The notes under the pieces are model-generated. The model saw nothing but the letters and a program-made list of their open reading frames with translations, had not been told where the DNA came from and made no database searches. The position numbers were made by a program, and so were the translations under genes. Shown piece by piece: positions 48,445-59,790 of a stretch of DNA of 64,000 bases; within the stretch, counting starts at the first letter, position 1, and every line of letters begins with the position of its first letter. The DNA is from Callorhinchus milii (lineage: Eukaryota), in assembly GCF_018977255.1 (NCBI RefSeq), contig NW_024704743.1, positions 27,096,001 to 27,160,000 on the forward strand. The letters run 5' to 3'.

Positions 48445-48800
48445 TCCACTGATGCTGCTCTGGATGTTTTCAACCAGTGACGTTGCTCTCTGCTCTCACT
48501 GCTGATGTTGCTCTTTGCTCTCTCTGCTGATATTGCTCTCTGCTCTGTCTGGTGGGGTTGATCTCTGCTCTCTTTCTGTTGATGCTCTCTGCTGATGCTC
48601 TCTGCTCTCTTTCTGTTGATGCTCTCTGCTGATGCTCTCTGGTCTCTCTGGTGATGCTCATTTTTCTCTCTGGTGATGCTCTGCTCTCTCTGCTGATGCT
48701 CTCTGCTCTCTCTGGTGATTCTCTCTATACTCTCTGGAGATGCTCTGTTCTCTCTCTGCTGATGCTCTCTTCTCTCTCTAGTGATGCTCTCTACTCTCTC
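48445..48800. repeat. CT-rich minisatellite, variable units around TGATGCTCTCTGC
   Basis: About 15 tgatg/tgat anchors separated by (CT)n and ctctg runs. Confidence 0.9.
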
Positions 48801-49941
48801 TGGGCTTTGTCCCTTGATCCTGCTTCTGCTCTTTCACTTTGATTTTTTTTATGTTCCACCATTACTCTGTTTTCACATTTCCTTTAGCCGTAGCCTAACA
48901 GCCACCAGTACTCTGAATATCCTGTTGAGATGTCTCAAAGACCTGATAAGGCGCTATATCGAATGCAAGGATTATTATTATTATCAGCTGTGTTGTGGAT
49001 AATAATAATAATAATAATCCTTGCATTTCATATAGTGACTCATCATGTCTTCAAGCCATCTCAAAGCGCTTCACAATATATACTGTAAAGTGAATTGATT
49101 GTATAGGCTGACTCATAGGCTGAACCAGGCATAATCTGAAAATAGACAAAGAAAGACCGTCGACAGAACACTGTTGCGTACAAGGATTTTTGTACAGGAA
49201 ATGCAGTTTATGTCACAGCCACTCTGTCCAGTGGGCATGTATCGCTTTCCACAGGAGTCCCTTATCAATTGCATTAGATATGTAATTCTAGATTCTAGAC
49301 TGTTGGTCAATAATTTGACCATGGGGAAGACTACAGCTGAACTCATTGCAATTTTCATTTTAGCTACACATATGTGTACTGTGCCCCATGGGCGACTGAC
49401 AGAAGCAGAAGTCAGGTGCACAAACTCATACTACATTAAACTCTCCCTGGGGATGGGTGAAGCTGTTTGCAGCTTCCAATTGCCATCCCGCTGATTGAAT
49501 TCAGGCGGGAAAAAACAAACCTGGGATGATCCAGGTTAGTTGATTTATTTCTCCACTGGCCAGTCAACTGTGCCGTCAAGGATTTTTGCTCTTGTACCAT
49601 TCCCTCTCACCAACAAAGTACGGAGTCACAACACTTTACAGTATATTCTGTGAAGCACTTTGAGATGCCCTCCCAAAGTAAAAGGTATTAAACCAAATGT
49701 AAAGGACATTATTATTATTATTATTACTACTATTTTACAGGAATGACCATCTGGTGAGAGTTTAACTTTGTTAAAGTCTTGGCAATAGGTCATCAGCTTG
49801 TCCTTTTGGTCAAGGTGCACGTTAATAGAAAAGATACAACAACAACTTGCATTTATATGAAAATGACTGACCAACTTATTAATATTATTACTTATTTTAA
49901 AGGAATTATTACCCGCAAAAAGCAATTTGCTAATTGATTAA

Positions 49942-50240
49942 CAATAATAATCCTTGCATTTGATATAGCACTTTTCACGTCGGGAGGACGTCCCAAAGCG
50001 CTTCACAGAACACACTGTAAAGTGAATTGACTGTATATTTGTGGGCGAACGCGGCCAATTGCGCACAGCAATGTCCCACAAACAGTCGTAGATTGAAAAT
50101 GACCAATTTATTATTGTTTTGTTTTTTGGAGGGATTATTATTAGGCTCTGTGTGGAGTAAGGAAACTTGCCCAAGGTTTCGCCCTGCCTGGAATTGAACT
50201 CAGGTCTCTCGCTTGCAAGGCGAGTGCATTAGCCGTTGAG
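49942..50240 (-). mobile_element. Young tRNA-Ala SINE short form
   Basis: Tail cacgtcgggaggacgtcccaaagcgct; head slightly decayed. Confidence 0.9.
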
Positions 50241-51344
50241 TTGGTTCAATGGGGAGTGAAATTCTGTTTTTCTTTCCTGTTGAAACAACATCAATAAAAA
50301 TCTGATCACATTAAATTGTGAAGTGCATATCCTCTGTGAAGAACACTATACAAATGCAAGTTGTTGTTGCAAAACAGATATATGACTTAAAATTTACCAT
50401 TCACTCAAAAATCAATGGCTTGTGACTTCCTGCTATGATCCCAAATTGTCTGACCCCATGTTACTGAGTCATTTAATTTGATATCAATCACTGACCCCTC
50501 ACTGTGCCTTTTCAGATCTCGAGTAATCAAAAAGCACATTTCTGATACGGTCATCGTGTTAGTGCATTTGTAGAAGTGCAATGCTCAGCTTTAACAGGAA
50601 TGTTACCTAATGCCTCTTGCTGGTTCAGTGACAACTTTAAAAGATACAGATCTATTATCAAACAATATTTGGGGACTCGAATCTCACCATCGAAAAGCAC
50701 TATTGAACCAGAATCAGATGAGTCAATCAAATTGAAAATGAAGTATCTCACAGATCACTACATGAGTCAATATAACTTCTGCTCTATTTCAGAAAATGAC
50801 TGAACAATCTGGGCTGCAGAGATTTTCATTATCTAAGACAGGAGGGTCTCAGTTCGTAGATTGGTTGGAAGCAAGTTCAATTTAATGTAGCCAGGCATTT
50901 CTTTTAGTGCACTTTGCAGTGTGTTCAGGCAAAAATCTTGTATGATCCAGGATTAAGAGGATTTTTGCTGAATTGGATTTTGATCATTTTCACGTCCTGT
51001 GGATCAGTGTGCAGAATTATAAACGTAATACCTAAAGGATTGCTCAAAGGATTATTGACAGCAAGTATTTAAAATCATCTGTTGTGGAAATAGATATACA
51101 ACAGCTGAGCTGGTGATTGCTTGGTTCAGCAAGACCTATAGCTTTGGAGGATTATGGCCTGCATTATGTAAATCACAAATCCACTAAAGCAATGTGATAT
51201 GCTCACAGGTAAATAACCTGTAGTTTTGCCTTTAAGCTTTTTCTCCGCCTCACATTACTAGAATAGCAAAGCAGTTTTATACCCAGTTCATGAACAACTC
51301 TAACTGATAGACTTAATCACATTATATTGTTTTATGGTACATCT

Positions 51345-51665
51345 GTCCTGTAGCTCAGTGGTTAGAGCACTTGCTTTGCAAGCGAGAGACCTGAGTTCAA
51401 TTCCAGGCAGAGGGCGAAACCTTGGGCAAGTTTCCTTACTCCACACGCCTAACAATAATCCCACCAAAAATAAAAACAATAATAAATTGGTCATTTTCAA
51501 TCTACGACTGTTTGTGGGACATTGCTGTGCGCAATTGGCTGCCGTGTTCGCCCACAAATATACAGTCAATTCACTTTACAGTGTGTTCTGTGAAGCGCTT
51601 TGGGATATCCTCCCAACGTGAAAAGCACTATATCAAATGCAAGGATTATTATTATTATTATTATT
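51345..51665 (+). mobile_element. Young tRNA-Ala SINE short form
   Basis: gtcctgtagctcagtggttagagcacttgctttgcaagcgagagacctgagttcaattcc; (TTA)n tail. Confidence 0.92.
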
Positions 51666-51847
51666 TTTATAACAAGGTCTTGTTTATATCGTGATGGAGT
51701 CCCCAACATATACTTATCCAAAAATCCAAGATAATTGTGCTGGTTCTGTTGCCAGAGCCACCAATGTCACATGCTATGCCGGCTATCTTTCTGCACACAT
51801 GCTCAATGATTGTGGAAGCAGTGATCTTCTGGATAACCCCAAACATC

Positions 51848-52049
51848 ATAATAATCCCTCCAAAACAAAACAATAATAAATTGGTCATTTTCAATCCACG
51901 ACTGTTTGTGGGACACTGCTGCGCGCAATTGGCTGCTGTGTTCGCCCACAAATATACAGTCAATTCACTTTACAGTATATTCTGTGAAGCACTTTAAGAC
52001 ATCTAGAGGATGTGAAAAGCGGTATATCAAATGCAAGGATTACTATTAT
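51848..52049 (+). mobile_element. tRNA-Ala SINE short form, headless
   Basis: ataataatccctccaaaac..gacatctagaggatgtgaaaagcgg. Confidence 0.85.
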
Positions 52050-52127
52050 ACTAAAATAAGGCTCCAGTATATCAGGTTTCAGATTGTTCAAGTACAAAAC
52101 AGCAAAGTACAAAATATCATTATATTA

Positions 52128-52535
52128 ACAATAATGTTTGATATATCACCTTAGTACATTGTCGAGACATCTCAAAGCGCTTTGCAGGATTTTACTACTT
52201 AAGTGTAGTGCCTAAGTATTTGTAGGCAAATGCAGCAGCCTATTTGAGCACAGAAGTGTTCCACAAACAACCATGAATTAAATAATCAATCTTATCTGGA
52301 GAATTGTTGGCCAGGACACGGGGAGAAACTCCATTCTCTTTTTAAATAGGGTCAGGGGATCTTTAACATCCACTTGAACAGGCAGACAGGACCTCAGTTT
52401 AATGTCTCAGCATGCCCTAACATTGCATTGGAGTGTCAACTTAGACTACATGAGTTCCAAGTACCAACATGGGGCTTGAACCTACAACCTTCTGACTCAG
52501 AGACAAGTGTGCTGCCTCCTGAGTCAGGCTGACAC
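52128..52535 (-). mobile_element. DeuSINE
   Basis: ggatctttaacatccacttgaacaggcagacaggacctcagtttaatgtctc; head aaccttctgactcagag. Confidence 0.85.
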
Positions 52536-52589
52536 CAGGATTGAAAAATTAAACCCAGAACAATACTTTAGGATGCAGCAAGACAGTAG

Positions 52590-53098
52590 AAAACTCGGCA
52601 GTTTGTATACTCTGTCGCACCAGGCTCCGTGACCCCATCACTCCCACCCTCGCCCGACTCCACTGGCTCTCCATCCCTCAGAGGATCGAATTCAAGATCC
52701 TTGTCCTCACTGTCAAGGCCATCCATGGCCTTGCACCCTCCTACCTCTCTAACCTGCTGACTCCCTACCAATCTGTCCTCTCCCTCCATTCTGCGGGCTC
52801 CGGTCTGCTCCATGTCTCCCACCCGACCCGCCCTACCACTAGTAGCCGGGCTTTCAGCCTCTCTGCCCCCACACTCTGGAACTCCATCCCACAGTCCCTT
52901 CACCTCGCTTCCTCCCTTGCCTCCTTCAAGGCCGGTGTCAAGACCCTTCTCTTCGATCGTGCCTTTGGTCACCCTCCTTCCTCTCTCCCTTCCCTCACCC
53001 CTACCCCACCCCTCTCTCATGCTCCGGTCCCTACCCTCGCTTTGGGAGGTCCTCCCGACGTGAAAGGCACTCTATAAATGTAATTTTGTTGTTGTTGT
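52590..53098 (+). mobile_element. 5'-truncated L2 LINE
   Basis: ctccactggctctccatccctcagaggatcgaattcaagatc (LHWLSIPQRIEFKI); (TTG)n tail. Confidence 0.9.
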
Positions 53099-53289
53099 TT
53101 AGAGTTACTAAGGGCAATTTCGGGACCAATCTTGTGATCTTGTAATTAGATCCAACATAATATAACACCTGGATATGCATGACAACCAAATAAAAACAGG
53201 ATAGCGGCAAATACATATGCAAATACTCTGTGTCTAAAGTGAACAATGGCTGAACTGAATATGTCATCCTGTAAAATGGTTACAAAACT

Positions 53290-53750
53290 AATTTTAGATA
53301 AAACTTGAATTGGAAAGCTTCCCATGGGAAGGTAAATAGTATGATGAGGATAAATAGAATTCAGGAAGACCTATACCAGTTAAAGGGATGTGCCAAGATA
53401 TGTCAGATGTATTTTAATTTAGATAAACGCAAGGTAATGCATCTTGAAACAAGAGACATCAAAGCTTAGTGGCAGAATACAGGGGTATCATTGATCATTC
53501 ACTGAAGGCATTTTCCAAACAATGTGACACTTCTGTCAACAAAGCAAAACAAACTTAGCTCAAGGTTGCTGTTGCTAGTATTTGAATCAAAATAAGTTAT
53601 TTTCATCATATCATCAGGTTTTAATCACTGCTCAGGCCTCAACTGAAGTATTTTATGCAGTTCTGAAGACCCTACATTCAAAGCGACACTGAGGTATTTG
53701 AAGTGAATTCAGAGAAAGGTAACAAGGTTGATTCTCCACTCAGAGACTTG
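53290..53750 (+). mobile_element. Old CR1 RT relic
   Basis: Reads approximately RIQEDLYQL...QMYFNLDKRKVMHL...LLRPQLKYFMQF. Confidence 0.6.
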
Positions 53751-54174
53751 AAACTTCTCATGCACTCCTAGGCATAAGCACTCACCCTCCCCTTGTCTGT
53801 AAATTTAAGATGTTGAAGAAATTTGAAAAGTAGTCTTAAACTCAGTCATAATTTGAAAGCTAATTTTCCACAGTTCTTTTTGAGTACTGTGGAAATAGAC
53901 TTTCAATTAATAATAATTCTTGCTTTTGATATAGCACCTTTCAATTGGGAAGGACATCACAATGCAGCTCATGGGATTTATTGTAAAGTTTAGGGACTGT
54001 TATTTGTGGGCGATTAAGGCAGTGCTTAGGACTGTTTTCCAAATTTCTGCAGAATCGTACTTTTAAGTCAGTGATTTTGAGCCTCAGTTTTGAACATGAA
54101 GATTCTCAAGCCCTTAAAGTTTAAGCTCAGAGGAGAGATTCACAGAACTGAACTTGTCTGTGTTAAAAAAAATT

Positions 54175-54418
54175 AATAATAATTCTTGCATTTGTATAGC
54201 ACCTTTTATTTCGGGAGGACATCCCAAAATGCATCACAGGATTTACTGTGAAGTGGAGTGGCTGTGTATTTGTGGGCCAATACGGCAGACAGTGAGTGCA
54301 CAGCAATGACCCACGAATAGCCATGAAACAAATGACTGATTTTATTTGGGGGATTGTTGGCCAAAACACTGTTAAAAAACTTCCATCTCTTTCTGAATAG
54401 TGCCATGGGATCTTTAAA
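54175..54418 (-). mobile_element. DeuSINE, headless
   Basis: Tail through gaatagtgccatgggatcttta. Confidence 0.75.
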
Positions 54419-55744
54419 GGGGAAATTATCCAGATCTTTAGAATAGGATTGTTTATGTGTAAGCAGGGTATATGAATTAAACAATGAGAACAGAACTGGA
54501 ATTAAACATTCTAAACTAGGACAAGAAACAAGAAGAAATCGTGTTTATTAATGGATATGTGGTACAGACTCCCAATACATGCATATCAATGACTAACTCC
54601 CTTGTGGAAGAACTGGATATGAATCTACTTGAGAATAGTATTGGAGAATAGAGGGATAGACTTGTAGCAAGAAACATTTGTGGTCCTCTGCATTTCTATG
54701 CTGCTGTGAGACACCAGCATCATTGATAACAGGTAGGTACCTTGATTCTTGTCTTATATTCTTGGATGTGCTTTTGAGATGGAAAGCAACACAACATCAC
54801 AGCTACATCAAAGAAAATAATGTAACTTTAGTTCAAACAGCAAACCTTGATGTCAAAAATGACATGGATAGTACACGAAGAAACAAAATGCTTATTGAAT
54901 TCCTTTCTGCCACTTCACTGAAAGCAGTTTGCAGGTGGACTGCACATGAGAGCAAATCAAGCAGACTCTGAATTTTGACAAATCTTTTCTCATAGATTTA
55001 AATTGTTAATACCAAGATCATACAGGCTTCACTGATCACTCCAGCTCAATTGATTTCTCATTACGTTCTACTTATTGCGCTGCAATTTTCCATTGAGAAT
55101 TATATTGAGAATGTCACTTCCCACATGTACTATTAGTAAAATATAATGCTTGTAGGTATTGATGGCATTTTCCACAGAACGACACAGGAAGAATTTAATG
55201 TTTTTTTTGGCATATGGATTATTTATAATTTTATCAAATCTACATTCGCTTCACAGAGGAGAAATCTTACAGGATTTTAAGGTACTTTTTTAATAATTAA
55301 GTTATGTTACATGCAATGTTTTTTCAAAGGTTGAGCACAGTAAGCTATCGAGCCAAGTTTTCTCAGGAAATTGCACGAGGTCGACATAGCCAACATTGTG
55401 AATTCCAGTACATTCTCGCCATAACATGTAGTTTTTAAACTAACCATTTATTTAATTATTTATTTTGTTAAACTACATATATTTTAAATATGATGCAAGA
55501 TTTCTGTAAGATTGATTTTCCTCAACAACAACAACATGCATTTGTATTGTACCATTCATGTGCTATTCATCCCTTGTATTGAGGGTTCATTACATTGGGG
55601 TAAATGTTGGCATGGTGACAGCTTCTAGTCAAGAGCTGATGTAGCATGGTGTATATTTTGTCTATGAGCAGCACTCCATATTCCTTGCATGATGTGAATA
55701 TTCTTCAAATAGGTTAAGTTACACTATTAGTAAAATAACTGGTC

Positions 55745-56275
55745 CATAGGCTGCAGATCATCCAGAACCCTGCAGCCGGCGTCCTCTCCCGCACCAGGCT
55801 CCACGACCCTATCACCACCATCCTCATCCAACTCCACTCGCTTCCCATCACACAGAGAATACAGTTCAAGATCCTGGTCCTCACCTTCAAAGCCCTCCAT
55901 AGTCTTGGTCCCCCCTACCTCTGCGACTTCCTAACCGCCTACTATCCTGCTCGTTTCCTCCACTCAATGGGCTCCAACTTGCTTCACGTCCTCTGCCTCA
56001 CTCACCCCACTATTAGCAGGTGGGCATCCTGCCACTCTACCCCCACCCGCTGGAACTTCATCCTGCAGTCCGTCTGCCTCACCCTCACCCTTACCTCCTT
56101 CAAGACCCATCTCAAGACCCTCCTCTTCGACCGTGCTTTGATCTCCTTGCTTCCCCCACTGCCCTCCACCCTCCCCAGTCCCGAACCCCAGCAGGGGCCC
56201 GAAACTTTGTCTGTCCAGCGCCTTGCGACATCCTCCCAACGTGAAAGGCACTATACAAATGTAATTTTGTTGTTG
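55745..56275 (+). mobile_element. 5'-truncated L2 LINE
   Basis: ataggctgcagatcatccagaac..TSFKTHLKTLLFDRAL; (TTG)n tail. Confidence 0.9.
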
Positions 56276-56314
56276 ATCTCTTAGATCTCTCCTAGACAAA
56301 AGTGACCCAACACT

Positions 56315-56748
56315 GTTAGTAGCACTTTCACCTCTGAGTCAGAAGGTTGTGGTTCAACCTGCACATCAGGACTCTGAATTTGCAGTCCAGGCTGACACTC
56401 CAATACAGTGCTGGGAGCGAGCTACATTGATTGGAGGTGCTGGACCTTCGGTGAGACAATAATCCCAGATCCTGTCTGCTTGTTCAACTGGATGTTAAGG
56501 ATCCCATGTCGGTATTCAGAAAGAGAAGGCAATTGCTCCCGGTGTCCTGGCCAACATTACCTAATAAAATTGGCCATTTGCAGTTTGGTTATTCATTTCA
56601 TGGCTCTTTGTGGGATATTGCTGTGCACAAATTGGTTGCCATGTTTCACGTACAAAATATACAGTCACTGGCCTTTACAAAAAAAACCATGAAGTGCATT
56701 GAAACGTCCTCTCAATGTGAAAGGCTTGATATTAAATGTAAGGATGAT
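56315..56748 (+). mobile_element. DeuSINE, near full length
   Basis: cctctgagtcagaaggttgtggttcaa; ggctgacactcca; gatgttaaggatcccatg; tail. Confidence 0.85.
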
Positions 56749-58112
56749 ATGCTGCAGGTCTCCCCAAATTATTCCACATATCCCCCGTCTACTGATAAGC
56801 ACAGAATAAACCATCTATTTTATTGCAGGATTCATAGAGAAAGCTCACATCAGCACTTATAATAACCCTAATATTTAATTGTCTGTTATGAAGCAGTAAT
56901 CAGTGTTCAAAAGAACTGCAATGCACCTAAAATGTATTGTTTAATAATACAGTAATAAATTATTAAAATGTGTTTAATAAAATGTCTGTTACAATTAATT
57001 TGCAATATTTCAGTAACCCTGCAAATACAGAGCTGTAAATGCTTCATAAATGTTTGATAACATTGTGAAGTGTGTGTTATTAATTTGTAATGGAAGATGG
57101 TTATGAAATATTTAAGTATGTGTTGCTGCTACATTTAGAGCTACTACCTTTTGTTTATTTTTTCCATGCTGAACGACATGTTAATGTTCTCTTTTCTGTG
57201 CGGATCCCAAAAGAGGAAAAATCACCATCAAAGATAAATTGATACGTACTGTTCCTGTCTTCAAATCATTGCAGAAAGACAGCACTCCTTCTTGAGCGAT
57301 TAATGCTGCAGACTGCTATAATCAAACTGTAGTCTGCTAAAAAGAAACTGGGCTTGACTTAATCAATGTGAATTGAGTTATTCAGATAAAATCAGTTAAT
57401 GGTGAGATCTTTTGTCAATAATATAATGAGGAAATTTGTGATATGTGATATGATAATTATCACAGAGATTAATACATTACATAATTGCATTCCCTTTCCT
57501 CATTTAAAGGAGACACATCCCAAGGCTAGATTTAGATACATTAACTCTGAGATTAGTTTGAGTTCACAGATTGGATTCAGTGCATATCTCCAGTGATGCT
57601 ATCCAGTAAATATTGTCTGATCAGTTGCATGTATCTCAGTCACAACCATTTTATAATATTGATTGACAATTGACAGGTTCATTTGGTAAATATCTGGCTT
57701 GCCAACTTCCATTTACTCAATTCACCTGTAAGAGCTGTAAGTTTATAATGAGGTAGAGCTTTGTCAAGGCAATAACATAAAAAAGAAACTTTTGGGTAAA
57801 TTTACCCTGTCTTATTATTATTATTTCTCTTCTTGTCAATAAATTTGGTTTAAGTGCAAACCATCAAGTGTGGTGAATTATCAGCGTGGGAGGTGGGGGG
57901 TAAAGTTCCCATCTTGAAGCACACAAAATTAAGTGAAAAATGCCAATATTAAGTTTTTCAGGAACTTTAAAGATCTACAAAATCCTGCAGTTTCTTTTTT
58001 TGTTTCCTCCCACCAAGTTAGTTGCTGTGCGCAATTGGCTGCCACGTTTCACCCACAAGATAAACAGTCAATTCACTTTACAGTAAAACGCTTTGAGATG
58101 TCTCTTTGAGAT

Positions 58113-58584
58113 GCTTGCATACTTACCTGTACTAAACTCCATACCCCCATCATACCAGTTCTAGCCAAGCTCCACTGGCTCCCTATCGCCGAACGGGTCA
58201 ATTTCAAGATCCTTACACTCGTTTTCAAATCCATTAATGCCCTGGCACACACCCTAACTCTCCGACCTGCTTACCTCCAACCCACAACACACTGCATCCA
58301 CTCGACAGGCTCCGGCATTCTGCATGTCCCCCGTGCCCTCCGTTCCACCATTGCTGGCTGTGCTTTCAGCCGCTAGGCCCCGAAACCCTGGAACACTCTT
58401 CCTCTATCCCTCCACCTTGCCCCTTCCTTCCCCATTTTCAGATCGCACCTAAAGACCTTCCTATTCAACCGTGGCTAAGTTGACCTCCCCCTCCCCCTGC
58501 CTCGGAGTCGTACTCTTCCATTGTCAAGCATTCTGGGACACTATCTTGCTTGAGGGGAGTTATATAAATGCAAATTGTTGTTGT
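58113..58584 (+). mobile_element. L2 (second tail family) nested in a SINE tail
   Basis: ctccactggctccctatcgccgaacgggtcaatttcaagatc (LHWLPIAERVNFKI); tail gggacactatcttgcttgaggggagttatataaatgcaaattgttgttg. Confidence 0.85.
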
Positions 58585-58849
58585 CTCAACAAAGCGATAA
58601 GGCTCTTTATCAAATTCAAGGATGATTATCGAAAAGGCAAATGCAAGGATGATCTGTGGAGAGAGAAGCCTGGAATTCTCTCTAGTCTTCACCTGTATTG
58701 GGCAGAATTGTGAAAAAAATTGAAAATTAATTCTTAATTTGGAAGTCGGTTTATTTTTTAGGAACTGGCAGAAAATCACAGTTTTTAAATTCGGTGTAAA
58801 TTGAAGAATTTATCTCAATTCTTCACAATTTTAAATGTTAAGAATAAAC

Positions 58850-59790
58850 ATTAATGTAGCGTATATGGACTTTCAGAAGGTGTTCGATAAAGTGCCATCT
58901 AATAGACAAGTTAGCATAATTGAAATCCATGGGATAAAAGGGATAGTGGCAGCATGGATACAAAATTAGCTGGGAGACAGAAAGCAGAGGGTAGTGGTAA
59001 ATGGCTGTTTTTCAGACTGGAGGGAAGTACATATTGGTATCCACAGGGGTTGGTATTAAGTCCATTGCTCTTTTTGATATACATAATTGACTTGAACTTT
59101 TAAAATTGTAAACTTTGGAGATGACGCAAAACTTGAGAACGTAGTAAACAGTGAGGAGGATGGTAACAGACTACAGGAGGACATAGGCAGACTGAAGAAA
59201 TGGACAGACACATGTCTGATGAAGTTTAATGCAGAGAAGTGTGAGGTGATGGATTTTGGGAGAAAGAATGAGGAGAGGCGATATACACGAAATGGTACAG
59301 TTTTAAAGGGGGTTCAGAAGCAGAGAGACCTAGGGGTTCACATACACAGGTCTTTGAAGGTGGCGGAACAGGTTGATAGAGCTGTTAAGAAAGCATTTGG
59401 GACCCATGGCTTTATAAATATAAACATAGGTACAAAAGCAAGGAAATTCTGCTGAACCTTTATAGGTCACTGATTAGGCTTCAGCTTGAGTATTGCGTCC
59501 ATTTCTGGGCACTATCAAAGCCTTGGATAGGGTGCAGATGAGATTTACCAGAATGGTACCAAGGATGAGGGACTTTAATTATGTGGAGAGACTAGAAAAG
59601 CTGGGATTGTTCTCCTTAGGGCAGAAAAGGTTAAAGGGAGATTTAATAGAGGTGTTTAAAATTATGAGGGGATTGATAGAGTAGATAAGGAGAAACTGTT
59701 TCCACTGGCAGGTAGGTCAGTAACCAGAGGACAGAGATTTAAGATATTTGGCAAAAAGAACCAGAGGAGAGATGAGGAGAAGTTTATTTT
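58850..59790 (+). mobile_element. CR1 LINE RT fragment
   Basis: YMDFQKVFDKVP, FGDD, MKFNAEKCEVM, RDLGV, YVERLEKLGLFSL; frameshifted. Confidence 0.9.

Noticed and set aside
48445..48800. CRISPR-like array or coiled-coil CDS
   Set aside because: No unique spacers; simple low-complexity repeat in vertebrate DNA.
49490..49515. Hammerhead ribozyme at ctgattga...gaaa
   Set aside because: The core has an extra base, and no stem II or stem III arrangement can form.
50516..51100. Exon after the acceptor at 50516 and ORF 50576-50803
   Set aside because: All frames from the acceptor stop early; QYLGTRIS and downstream words look more like a very old LINE relic.
51300..52154. Recurring ORFs (MGKFPYST..., ...KCKDYYY) as a multigene family
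   Set aside because: They are translations of SINE copies.
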